This document shows positions 13,900-26,578 of a stretch of 64,000 nt of DNA, piece after piece (positions within the stretch are counted from its first letter, which is position 1; every line of letters starts with the position of its first letter). Under the pieces are notes generated by a model that was not told the DNA's origin, made no database searches, and saw nothing but the letters and a program-made list of their open reading frames with translations. Made by a program: the position numbers and the translations under genes. This DNA is from Octopus vulgaris (Eukaryota), in assembly GCA_951406725.2 (NCBI GenBank), contig OX597836.1, forward strand, positions 13,888,001 through 13,952,000. Direction: 5' to 3'.

Positions 13900-14286
13900 T
13901 TTGGTGTGGAGTTGTTAGTTGTTTCGTTGCTCGAGTAAATGTTAAAATTAAAGGTCTTCCCGTCGTAAACATCCCATCTTTTTTGTTAAGCATATTGTAT
14001 CAAGGAGTATATTATCCAAAATGTATCTCTCCTTTACAGGCGTGGCCATGTGATTGAGAAGCTTGCTTTCTAACCGTGTCGCCTCGGGTTCAGTCCCACT
14101 GTGCGGCACGTTGTCCCATTCTGTTAAGGGCCGCCCCATCCATCGATCGTATTGCTGGCCGGAGGCAGGGGGTCTCCGGCTCCTGACATCGCTAGACAAC
14201 TTTCTGATATCTCCTTCAAAACCACCACCACCACCACCACCACCACTACTACTACTGCTGCTGCTGCTGCTACTACTACTACAACA

Positions 14287-14319
<33 letters not shown>

Positions 14320-14323
14320 GCTG

Positions 14324-14388
<65 letters not shown>

Positions 14389-15418
14389 GGCTACTTTTCC
14401 CTTCCCCAGTACCGCCACCGCCCTTGTGATCCCTTTTTTTCGCTTCTATCTCATATATTTCATCCTCTACCTTTCCCTCAACACCCTTACTCATTCCCTT
14501 CTCCTCTCCCCCTCCTCCCCACCGGTAGTTCACCTTCACTTTACTCATTCTTCTACTCTTTCTCCCACCTATTTCACCTCCTTTCTTTCCTTCCTCTCCT
14601 TTCCACGTCTTCATCCGTTAACCTTCTTTCTGAAAATACCCACTACCCTCTCCTGTCCACTTTGCCCCCTGCCACCTCCTTAGCCACCCCTATTCACATA
14701 CACACCCGTCGCCACCCAGTGCTACTACACTACAATCAACACCACCACCACCACCGCCACTAACACCATTATGACCGCCACAACAATCACGATTGCCACT
14801 ACCAATAACACCACCACCACCACCACCACCATTACCACCACCATCACCACCGTCACCATCTCCAACACCGCCACAACCGTCACCACCACCATCATCACTA
14901 TCATCGCCATCACTGTCACCACCACCGCCGCCGCCGCCGCCGCCACCACTGCCACAACCATCACGACAACTACAACCATCACAATCGCCACTACACCACC
15001 ACCATCACCATCACGACCACCGCCATCTCTATCGTCAACACCACCACCACCACCACCATAGCCCTCTCCCTGCCCTTTACCCACAGCCCTCATTGATCAA
15101 ACCGTTTCCTTCTGTGTACATCCTTCCATTCTTTGGGCTCCCAGCAATTACCGGAGCCATTAACCCTAAACCAACCTTTCATACCAGGATGTGTCTGAGT
15201 CTGCTTCTTTTTAAAACGGTGAGTTGCCAGGACCGTTTTAAGTGCGTCGTGGAATTTTGAAAAAAGAAATGTGTGTAAGTGTGTGTGTATGTGTATGTTT
15301 AAGAAACTCACTTCGCTAACACACGGTTTCGTGTTCAGTCCCGCTACGTAACCACAAAGCTGCAAGCTGAACAATATGCCTTGTGACTGAATTTCGTAGA
15401 CGGAAGTTGTGTGGAAGC

Positions 15419-15481
<63 letters not shown>

Positions 15482-15703
15482 ATGTTCCTTCTCGAGCCAT
15501 GCCAGGCTCATAAGGGCCGGTTTTCCGGTTTCAGTGGCGTAGAAATTCCCCACCTGGACGGGACGCAGGTCCGTCGCAGGATTATTCATTTTTGCCAGCT
15601 GAGTGAAAATGAAGTGTTTTGCTCAAGAACACAACGCATCGCCTGGTCCAGGAATCGAAACTACAACCTCATGATCATGAGCTCAACACCCTAACCACTA
15701 AGC

Positions 15704-15777
<74 letters not shown>

Positions 15778-15781
15778 GCAT

Positions 15782-15826
<45 letters not shown>

Positions 15827-16289
15827 ATGAAGGAAAATGCACACAGTTTACATAGTTTTAATATATTTTTTAATATATTTTATAAGTGAAAGAGCGTTGT
15901 GTTTGTCGACCGGTTTCGCTTTCGCTAATCATGATACTCAAATTATTGTAATTTCATATTTTCTTAAGAAGATTTTACTCTATGTATTGGGTGGAGAAGT
16001 TTCTGAATGAATGAATCAACAAGTAGAAAAACCTAAGGGGAGGTAATTAGTGATCGTTATTATTTGGGACAGGGGAGGTAATTGCTTATCGTTTGGGGAT
16101 GTGATAAATAAATATGCAAAAACTCAAAAGCTAAAGTAGTGAGATGAAATATGTACAGTTGTGGTTATGTGATCATAAATTAAAATATATACTGAAACGA
16201 AAGTTGGTTGTGAGTCCATATTGAGGCGTGTTCTGTATTTTTTGGTAAATAAATAGTGAAACTTCGCAGTTTCACTATTATAAAAGAGA

Positions 16290-17795
16290 AAACTGAATGA
16301 TTGCTTTATCATTTGGAATGAGACCATTGATAAACTTTTGGAATTTAAATCAATACTAAATAATACAAACCATTACATTCAATTTACAATATTCGCAGCT
16401 GAGTTTTCACGTCAGTCAATGAATCAAAATATCATAGTGGTTTCGCGCCATTATCATTGAGACCACTCAATCTTGGAGGCGCCAATGCTGTCATTTAGTT
16501 ACTGGGGAAAAGCTAGCGAATGTATACTGAGGTTTCTTTCAGCAAGGAACAGCTCCTTTTCTTAGATTAATAAAGTCAACAACTAAACTGTAGCTTACAT
16601 ATATCATAAGCCATCGGACTCGAAGCAATATCTTCTGTTTAGCTCATGACACTCGAAACGCGTCAAAAGGAATATCTCCTTTAATTTAGTTAAGAGGATT
16701 TGCACACCAGTGTCTGTTGGAAATACACGGAACCCCCGTCTTCAAGACCTCAGAAAAACACTAACTGAAAGACAATATCCACCCTCACTTATAGACGATG
16801 AAATTAAGCATGCCAAGACACTAGGCATTAAAATACTAAGGGAAACAAAACACAACACCATACCTCGTCTCAAAACACTACTGTATATATCAACTCACAA
16901 CCCTAGAAATAATGAAGCTTACAATATTATTGTGCAAAATCTACCTTTGCTCACTAGAGATCCAAAAATGAACAACATTCTAAAAACACATAAATTCATC
17001 AAATGCAGAAAGCGACACAAATCGCTGAAAAGTCTTCAGACAAATGCAAAGTTTTACACAACAACCACGAAACCAACGCTTAAAAAATGTGAACGCCCAA
17101 ACTGTGTAACATGCCCGAACCTACTGGAAAGCTTGGAATTCCTATTCAAACAAGGAGAGGTTCACAATTAAAGCCAACTTCACTCGTGCTTCCGAGAATC
17201 TAAGTTATGTTATAATTTGTTCAGGTTGTGGACATAACTATATAGGACAGACAAGTATGACATTTAGACGGAGAACCACACTGCATAAGGAACAGATCTG
17301 GTTCCTGCAGTACAGACATATTTCTTTGAGTGAACACAGAGAGATGTGTGTATATCCAACCAAGCTTTACAGTTTGCCCCTTCTATCAGTGCAAAGGAAC
17401 AATTTCTGTACAATAAAGAAAAGTTTTTATCAAAAAATACAGAACAAGCATCAATATGAACTCATAACCAACTTTGGTCATAGTATATATTTTCATTCAT
17501 GATCACATACCCATCACTGTAAATATTTCATCTCACTACCTTAGCTTTTGAGTTTTTGAATATTTATCCCCTCCGCAAACGTGGAGCAATTATCTCCTCT
17601 GACCTGAATAATAACGATCACCAATTACCTTCCCTTAGATTTTCTACTTGCTGATTCATTCATTCAGAAACTACTCTGCACAATCAATATCATGATTAGT
17701 GAAAACGAAACCAGTCGACAAACACAACACGCTTTCACTTACAAAATATATTTAAAAGTATATTAAAACTATGTAAATTGTGTGCATATTCCTTC
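16290..17795 (+). mobile_element. 5'-truncated Penelope-like element (RT C-terminus, CxxxxCxxC linker, GIY-YIG), Neptune-like, disrupted
   Basis: Broken frames give DCFIIW...IQFT, KEQLLFLD, YHKPSDSKQYLLFSS, RQYPPSLID, KCERPNCVTC and NLSYVIICSGCGHNYIGQT. An inverted copy of its 3' end lies at about 15829-16295. Confidence 0.85.
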
Positions 17796-17880
17796 TTTTA
17801 TGTTAACTGTGTATACATATACATACATACACACATACATACATACATAATACATACATAATACATACATGCATACATAT

Positions 17881-17941
<61 letters not shown>

Positions 17942-17943
<2 letters not shown>

Positions 17944-18129
17944 AAATGTATAGCATTAAATATCTATCACAGCCGGTCTTACCAATTGGTTTCGCGTAAA
18001 AAATACAATGGAGTGTTAGGTAACAAACCGACTACATAACGTTACACTTATCAGAGTTAGCCGATATCTTTTTACGCGAAACTGATTGGTAAGACCAGCC
18101 GTGATGGATATTTAATAGTATACGTTTCG
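17942..18129. repeat. Inverted repeat with ~63-bp arms next to (TA)n
   Basis: CGAAATGTATAGCATTAAATATCTATCAC...TTTCGCGTAAAAA and its imperfect reverse complement at 18066-18129. Confidence 0.8.
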
Positions 18130-19342
18130 CGTAATATACCTGCTCTACTAAAAGATATACCAGTTACATCTTTTCCCTGACTCTTGCTCTCTTAGATGAC
18201 TCGCGCAACTTCCATCTACCAAATTCACTCATAAGGCATGCTTTTCAGTTTACAGTTTGGTGGTTACGCAGTGGGACTGAACACGAAGCCTAGGGAAGCG
18301 AGTTTCTTAACAACACAAACACCAATGCTTGCTCCTATACACATGTTTTTTTCTTTTCTTTTTTCAAAATTCCACGACGCACTTAAAACGTTCCTGGCAA
18401 CTCACCGTTTTAAAAAGAAGCAGACTCAGACACATCCTGGTATGAAAGGTTGGTTTAGGGTTAATGGCTCCGGTAATTGCTGGGAGCCCATAGGATGGAA
18501 GGATGTACACAGAAGGAAACGGTTTGATCAATGAGGGCTGTGGGTAAAGGGCTATGGTGGTGGTTGTGGTGACGGTAGAGATGGCAGCGGTCGTGATGGG
18601 GTGGTGTGGTAGTGGTGGTGGCGGTCGTGATAGTTGTAGTTGTCGAGATGGTGGTGGTGGTGGTGGGGGTGACAGTGATGATGATGATGGTGGTGATGGT
18701 GCGGTGGTGATCGTTGTGGTGTTGATGGAGGTAATGGAGGTGATGGTACTTGTGATAGTGGTGGTGGTGGTAGTGGTGATGGTGGTGATGATGGTGGTGG
18801 CGGTGGTGGTGGTGGTGGTGCTGGTGCTGGTGCTGGTGATGGTGGTGGTGACAGTGATGATGATGGTGATGGTGGTGATAGTGGGGATGGTGATCGTTGT
18901 GATGGTGGCAGTGGTGGTTGTGGCGGTTGTGTTGTTGGTAGTGACAGCCGTGATTGTTGTGGCGGTCATGATAGTGGTAGTGGAGGTGGTGGTGGTGTTG
19001 ATTGCGGTGTGGTACCAGTGACAGCGACGGGTGTGTATGTGAATAGGGGTGGCTAAGGGGGTGGCGGGGACAAACTGAACGGGAGAGGGTAGGGGTGGTT
19101 TTCAGAAAGAAGGTTAGCGGATGAAGACGTGGAAAGGAGAGGAAAGAAAGAAAGGAGGTGAAATAGGTGGGAGAAAGAGTAGCAGAATGAGTAAAGTGAA
19201 GGTGAACTACCGGTGGGGGGTGGGGGAGGAGAAGGGAATGAGTAAGGGTGTTGAGGGAAAGGTAGAGGATGAAATATATGAGATAGAAGCGAAAAAAGGG
19301 ATCAGAAGGGAGGTGGCGGTACTGGGGAAGGGAAAAGTAGCC

Positions 19343-19375
<33 letters not shown>

Positions 19376-19794
19376 GGTGGTGGTGGTGGTGGTGGTGGTG
19401 GTGGTGGTGGTGGTGGTGGTGGTGGTGGTGGTGGTGGTGGTGGTGGTGGTGGTGGTGGTGGTGGTGGTTGTGGTGGTGGTGGTGGTTTTGAAGGAGATGT
19501 CAGAAAGTTGTCTAGCGATGTCAGGAGCCGGAGACCCCTGCCTCCGGCTAGCGATGCGATTGGTGGATGGGGCGGCCCTTAACGGAAAGGGACACAAAAG
19601 CGAATAGCGGTGGGAATGAACACGAAGCTAATTTCCATTATCTCCCTTGAAAAGAAATGTGTCCATGTATGTATAACATACATAGACATATATATACATA
19701 CATACATAATACTTACATACATATACACTATAGATATGTATATATATGTATTTATATATGTGTATATATATATACACACGCACCCATATATACG

Positions 19795-19840
<46 letters not shown>

Positions 19841-19986
19841 AACACTTATATATACGCATATATATATATACACACATACACACACACATATATATATATA
19901 TATATACATATACATGAACATGTATATATATGTATTTATATATGTGTATATATATATACACACACACACACCCATATATACGTATG

Positions 19987-20094
<108 letters not shown>

Positions 20095-20568
20095 CATGCA
20101 CAGAGAAAGAAATATATGGGTACAGTTATGGAGAAGGGCTTGAGGGGTTAGGGTTATATGCAAGTGAAATAGATGTCAGGGTTGAGATGTAGGGGCGGGT
20201 AGGGTGGAAGGGTGCGAAGGAATGCCATTGTCGTAGCAGTGGTGCTTTCCTGGGAAATGGAAAAGAAGAGCAGTAACAACAGCTCACCTTCATTGAAAGG
20301 AGGGCAATAGATTGGTTGGAAGTGGGGGGAGGTAGGAGGAAGAGGATGGGGAGGAGGAAGAAGAAGAGAATGAAGGGAGAGGTGGATAAAGGGTAAAGTG
20401 ATAAGGGCTGGGCGTAGTAGGTGTATTTCGATGGGCCGTTTACTGGTTCCGGTTAGAATCCGGGTTAATATGTGCATGTGTAAACGAGTGTATACATGTG
20501 TGTATGTATGTATGTATGTATACACGTATGTATATAATTTCATGTATATATATACATACATACATACA

Positions 20569-20602
<34 letters not shown>

Positions 20603-20691
20603 CATACATATAAGCACACACACATACACACACACACACACTCACACAAACACACACACTCACACAAACACACACACATATATATATATAT

Positions 20692-21090
20692 ATGCGTAGG
20701 TGTGTGGTAAGAAGCTTGCTTCTCAATCGCAGGGTTCCGGGTTCAGTCCCACTGCGCGGCACTTTGGGCAAGTGTCTTCTGCTGTAGCGTTGGGCTGACC
20801 AAAAGTCTTGTGAGTGGATCTGGTGGACGGAAACTGAAAGAAACCCATCGTATACATGTGTGTGTACGTGTGTGTGTGTGTGTGTGTGTGTTTGCCCCCC
20901 CCCCCCACTGCTTGATAACCTGTGTTAGTGTGTTTATGTCTCCGTAACTTAGCTGTTCGGGTTAAGAGATCAACAGAGTAAGCACCAGCCTTTAAAAGAA
21001 TAAATAAGTACTGGGATCAATTCATTCGACTAAAATTTCTACAAGGTGATGCCCCAGTATGGCCGCAGTCTAATGACTGAAACAAATAAA
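20692..21090 (+). mobile_element. SINE family A
   Basis: Head, central (TG)n and tail ...GGCCGCAGTCTAATGACTGAAACAA. Confidence 0.85.
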
Positions 21091-21606
21091 AAATGAAAGT
21101 TAAAGAATTTTACCAAGCGGTAGTCGTCTCGCATTGCTGATCCTTTATTTTTTGCTTGTTTCGGTCATTAGACTGGCCATGCAGGGGTACTACTTCGATT
21201 AATTTTTAGTCGAAGGAATCGACTCCTGTACATATTTTTGTAATCCTGGGACGTAAATGCACGAACACCGGCTGAGAGGCGATGGTGAGGAAAAAACACT
21301 AGCACAAAGACATACACACAAATATACATGTGTTTCCGTTTACCACACAAGGCTTTGGATGGCCTGAGGCTATAGTAGAAGGCACTAGCTGAAGGTGCCA
21401 CGCAGTGCGACTGAACCCGGAACCGTGTGGTTGGGAAACAAGCTCCTGATCACACAGCCAAGTCTCACACACCATGATATCGTTGTTTTAGGTGTCTTTG
21501 TAGTAACGAGCAGACGTGGAGATTCTTGGTTCTCTTAGCATTCGGGATGTGACAATTAGAGGAAGAGAGAAATGGAGAGAGAGGGGATGGAAAAAGAAAA
21601 AGAGGC

Positions 21607-21641
<35 letters not shown>

Positions 21642-22526
21642 GACAAACAGAGACAGAGACTGTCAGGGAGATAGATATATAGACAGACAGACGGACAATG
21701 AAGAGAGAGAGAAAGATGCAACCAGTACTCGGCTGGTATTCATTTACACCTGAATAGACTGAAGCCACGTGAAATGAAGTTTGTTGTTCAAGGAAGACAC
21801 AATACGCTGTCCGATCCAGGAATCGAACCCACGATTTTATGATGGTGAGTCAAGTTGGATCGTGTTAAATTTCTTCCAACCATTTGAAGTATTTTTATTT
21901 TTTCAAATTTTATTTCTTTTCTTTCCTGGAAATTAAAAATAACAAAGTTACGAGCATTAAAATTATGTAATTTTAGCCAATCAGAAGCCTACTTTGAAAC
22001 CAATTTAGAAGTTTCAACTGTCTGTCTCTATGAATATCAAAAACGACGCAGGCGTGGCTGTGTGGTAAGAAGCTTTCTTCCCACCCATGTGGTTTCGGGT
22101 TTAGTCCAATACGTGGCATTGGGACGACCAAAGCATTGTGAGTAGATTTGTTTGATAGAAACTGAAAGAAACCTCAGTATACATTCGTTAGCTTTTTCCC
22201 AGTAACTAAATGACAGCACCGGCGCCTCCAAGATTGAGTGGTCTCAATGATAATGGCGCGAAACCACTATGATATTTTGGTTCATTGACTGACGTGAAAA
22301 TTCAGCTGCGAATATTCTGTGTATCGTGTCTTTGTCAATATTCCATGTCCGTTACGTTTTCGTCTAGTTTCCCGTTTGCTCTGCTTTCGTCTTTTGTCGT
22401 GTTCTGTCTGTCCAACCCTTGATATACATATATATATAGTGAGAATTTACAAAAAAACAAAAGACGAAAACGGGTGTGTAAACAACAAACAGATGTATTA
22501 GTTTAACGCTCGGGAAGTGAGAAGGT

Positions 22527-22562
22527 CTTTTACGTTTCGTGCCTACGCTTTTCGACCGAAAG
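22527..22562 (-). ncRNA. Degenerate minimal hammerhead motif (family of 43931 and 41733)
   Basis: Reverse complement: cttt-CGGTCGA-aaagcgtaggcac-GAAACGTA-aaag, within the shared module about 22440-22630. Confidence 0.45.
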
Positions 22563-23248
22563 GAACACAAAATTAAACAAGGAGAGAAAATAGAAAACGG
22601 TTTAGTGGCTAACAATCTATCATGGCGAGGACATTTCACAAATTATCCACACTTTCGCCACAACATATCTTCATTATTGTCCACTGCCATCTCTGCATGC
22701 GTGCTTATAGTTGGTACTATTGTGGTCATGTGATCGACGTTTGAGTCTAAGTTTGAGACTTGGAATCGAAACCTAGCAACCGTGACTGATGGGTCCAGTC
22801 AAGGCTTCAGTCAAGCAACGCACCCTGATTACCAGCCAATCAGCTTGGTTCCGGTTCCGGGTTCAGTCCCACAGCGTGGCACCTTGGGCAAGTGTCTTCT
22901 TTGTTAGTGGATTTGATTGAAGGAAACTGAAAGAAGCCCATCATGTGTGTGTGTGTGTTCGTGTTTGTCTCTGTGTTTGCCTCTCACCACTATTTGACAA
23001 CCGGTGTTGGTATGTTTACGTCCCTGTAAATTGGTGGTTCGGCAAAAGAGACGTATTGAATAAGTATTCTGGTTTTAAAAAAAAGTCCTGGAGTCGATTT
23101 GTTCGACTAAAACTTTTCAAGAAAGTACCCCAGTATGGCCACAGTCAACTAACCGAAACAAGTAAAAAAAAAAGATAAAGAAAAGCGACACGCCAATAAA
23201 AAATAAAAAAATACTTTCAAACAACGACGTTCATGGTCTTATATGGAA

Positions 23249-23528
23249 CAGGCCTGGCCAATACGAATTCTTCACTCCTGCTCCAGAGCGTCGGCTGCGG
23301 GGTCATTCCGAAAAGCTCTACCTGCGACGATTTCATCTCAATCGAAGGAGAGGAGCTTTCTCCGTCCGGGTTGCGGATCCGTGGAACAAACTGCCGGACG
23401 AGATGGTGAAGATGCCGACGACCGCTTTGTTCAAAGCCTCAAGTGGCCTGAACTCTTTACATGAACACCACCCTGTACTTAACTCCATGTCCCCCTACAT
23501 GGCCTTGCTATTTGCTTTTGAGCCAAAT

Positions 23529-23560
<32 letters not shown>

Positions 23561-23873
23561 ATTGCGGACCATTTTTATCACAGAAAGTTTTTTAAGGGCC
23601 GCTTGTATACTGACAGAATTGAAAGCATTTTGCTTTCTCATGCTATTATTACAATAATGAATGTATGATCATTGACTGAACAGGAAATATTATCGTTACA
23701 AAAACAGTATTGTCTTTCTTTTTTTACTTTTCATTACAATCTTTAATTTCTGATAAAATCTTTTAAATGCTTGTTTAAATAAACCCATTTCAAGAAAGTA
23801 TCAAGCGGGTCGCAGGATTGCATGTGGCCCGCGGGTTGCATGTGGCCCGCGGGCCTCAGGTTGACTAGTCTTT
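23249..23873. mobile_element. hAT-type MITE with 8-bp TSD, interrupted by a LINE tail
   Basis: TIR CAGGCCTGGCCAA / TTGACTAGTCTTT (degenerate), subterminal TGGCCCGCGGG repeats, TSD ATATGGAA at 23241 and 23874. Confidence 0.7.
23330..23560 (+). mobile_element. CR1/L2-type LINE 3' fragment
   Basis: Translates SVRVADPWNKLPDEMVKMPTTALFK; ends in a (TAAC)n tail. Confidence 0.7.
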
Positions 23874-23950
23874 ATATGGAATAACAGTTAGCCAGCGAGG
23901 GATCTAGATTTTTTGTGGGTGTTGCCCAAAAGTTTCGAAAAAAAATAATA

Positions 23951-24522
23951 TTGGGTTGTCCGGAAAGTTCGTGCCGATTTATAGTAGCTTACCTTTCGAC
24001 TTATTTTAGAACATGGTTGAGTCCATAAAATAGGATTTGACTACACCTCCATTTAGAACACAGTTTAAGCTATCTTTTCGTGGAAGAAGGTTTAAGTTCC
24101 TATAATCTGTGTAAATTCTGTAACCCTTTAAAGTGGAAGATAAGAAAGTTCATTTTCGGCACTTGATGCTTTGGGAACCAGACAAAAATTGCTGCAGCTC
24201 GGCTGGGATGTGTTAACCCACCCTCCATATTCACCAGATATTGCTCCTTCTGATTTCCACTTATTCAGGTCTCTGCAGAATGGTAAAATATTAATGGTAA
24301 AATATTTCAATTCCTTCGATGACGTAAAAAGATACCTTGATGAATTCATTGCCATGAAACCACCTCGATTCTGGGAAGAGGGTATTTTCAAGTTAAAGGA
24401 AAGATGGAGACGCATTGTGCAACAAAATGGTTCGTATTTGGTTGATTAAAAATGTAATGGCAAGTATTTATTGACCTTTTTCTTTCCTTTAAAAATCGGC
24501 ACGAACTTTCCGGACAACCCAA
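23951..24522 (+). mobile_element. Internally deleted mariner element
   Basis: Perfect 30-bp TIR TTGGGTTGTCCGGAAAGTTCGTGCCGATTT with TA flanks. Transposase C-terminus GWDVLTHPPYSPDIAPSDFHLFRSLQN...GIFKLKERW. Confidence 0.93.
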
Positions 24523-24961
24523 TATATGAAACAGTAATGCTGTGAAACTGCTGGAAATAAAATAACGATGTTATAAAAAACTTTGGTCCTGATTTTTTGG
24601 TGTCGGCTCGGCTAGAAAGAGTGTTGCTCGGGTAATACCGCTGCATTCGCCACTGCTTAGCCGTAAACAATATGCAGAAAATGTCTACTCCTATTCAGTA
24701 ATAACCTCAATTGGTGACCAAACTAACCATAACTATAGATAAAAAGCTCATTTGATCGCGGCGGGAATTGAACTCAGAGCGTAAAGAGTCGTTAAGAAAT
24801 GGCGCAAAATATTTTGTTTTGTTCGAGGCTCAGAACAATGACAATTACAAGAATATTAACGTCGTCGTCAACAACAACTACAACAACACTTCAAGAACAA
24901 TATTGATAAAACTACAACTGTGCCTACATCATCATCATATTCATCATCGTCCTCCTCCTCC

Positions 24962-24994
<33 letters not shown>

Positions 24995-25301
24995 CCATCA
25001 TCATCATCTTCATCATCACCATCATCACCATCATCTACCTCCTCATCGTATTCCTCTTCCCCCTCATCATCATCATCATCTTCATCATCTTCATCTTCAT
25101 CGTCACCATCACCACCATCACTACTACCACCCCCACCACCATTATCATCATCATTACCACCATTACCACCACCATCATTACCACCACCACCATCACCACC
25201 ACCACTACCACCATCCACTACCACCACCGTAATCATCGTCGTCGTCGTCATCATCATCATCATCATCATCGACATCATCATCATCATCAACAATAGTAAC
25301 A

Positions 25302-25335
<34 letters not shown>

Positions 25336-26101
25336 TGCTTCAAGAACAATAAGACCACACCATCATCATCATCATCATGAACAACAACAACAACAACAAC
25401 AACCGACCAGAACCCAATTCTGTAAAGAGGGACGCCATGATTTTGACAAAGCTTCCTTCCTGCCATAATAGATTTGTTGATAGCCTTGACATGGCTCAAC
25501 GGATGTGGCTGATGTGACATGGTGGTAGTGGTGGTGGTGGTGGTGGTGGTGGTGGTGGTGGTGATGAGGGTGGCGGCAGTGGTGGTGACGGTGGTGGTGG
25601 TGGTGGTGGTGATAGTGGTGATGGTGGTGGTGGTGGTGGTGGTGGTGGTGGTGACGGTGACGGTGGTGGTGACGGTGGTGGTGATGGTGGTGGTGATAGT
25701 GGTGATGGTGGTGGTGCTGGCGGCGGCGGTAGTGGTGGTGGTGATGGCGGCGGTGGTGGTGGTGATGATAGTGCGAGGGTGGTGGTGATGGTGGTGGTAG
25801 TGATGGTACTGGTGGTGGTAGTGGTGGCGGCGGTGGTGATGATGGTGGTGGTGGTGGTGACAATGGTAGTGGTGGTGATGGTGATGATAGTGGTGGTGAT
25901 GATAGTGGCGACGGTGAAGGTGGAGATGGCGGTGGGTAGGGTAGTGCTGGGCGTGGGAGTAGTAGTTATGGTAGTAGTGATGGAAGGTCGTAATCGGGTG
26001 TTAGAGGCGGGGGTGATGCTGACGGTGGTGGGGGTTTATTGATGGGGTGATTGTTGGAGGATTTTTGTTGGTCCCTGGAGTTAATGAAGAACTGGTGACA
26101 A

Positions 26102-26156
<55 letters not shown>

Positions 26157-26578
26157 TGTTGTTGTTGTTTTTGTTGTTGTTGTTTTTGCTTGTTGCTGAC
26201 GTTGTATGTATTGTTTAGCCCCTGGTCGGTCTCGATGAGTAAGCAAAAGCATTCCAGCAATGACCATCCCGTGGGGATCGTATATCTGTAACTACGTTAT
26301 ACAATGCAACAGCGTTTCTCCGTTGTTTTTATTCTTCGAGAACTTTCGATATCCATTCCATATTCCGGGGAACCTCTGCACAAAACTTAATACATATTAC
26401 ATATCTTTGTTAATCTTCTTTGTGTCTTTTTCATAATGTTAAATTTCATAGGGGATTAAACAACTGAAGAAAGCCACCAAAGAGATCAACCGTCGTAGCT
26501 AAAACCAGCTCTCTTCGCGTAAGGGTTTCTGTATGTGGTTCATAAGAGACAACATAGAGATACCCTTGCGCAAAGACT

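Larger units (their letters stand above)
14112..19594. repeat. Large inverted duplication (arms about 14112-15415 and 18202-19594)
   Basis: Arms are reverse complements over unique blocks (e.g. GGTCTCCGGCTCCTGACATCGCTAGACAACTTTCTGA; TTGATCAAACCGTTTCCTTCTGTGTACATCC) and their interspersed microsatellites. Confidence 0.9.

Noticed and set aside
22247-22274. SECIS-like ATGA...AAA...TGA
   Set aside because: The helix is only about 6 bp, it lies far upstream of the GPx, and the knot motif explains it better. No SECIS was found in the window.
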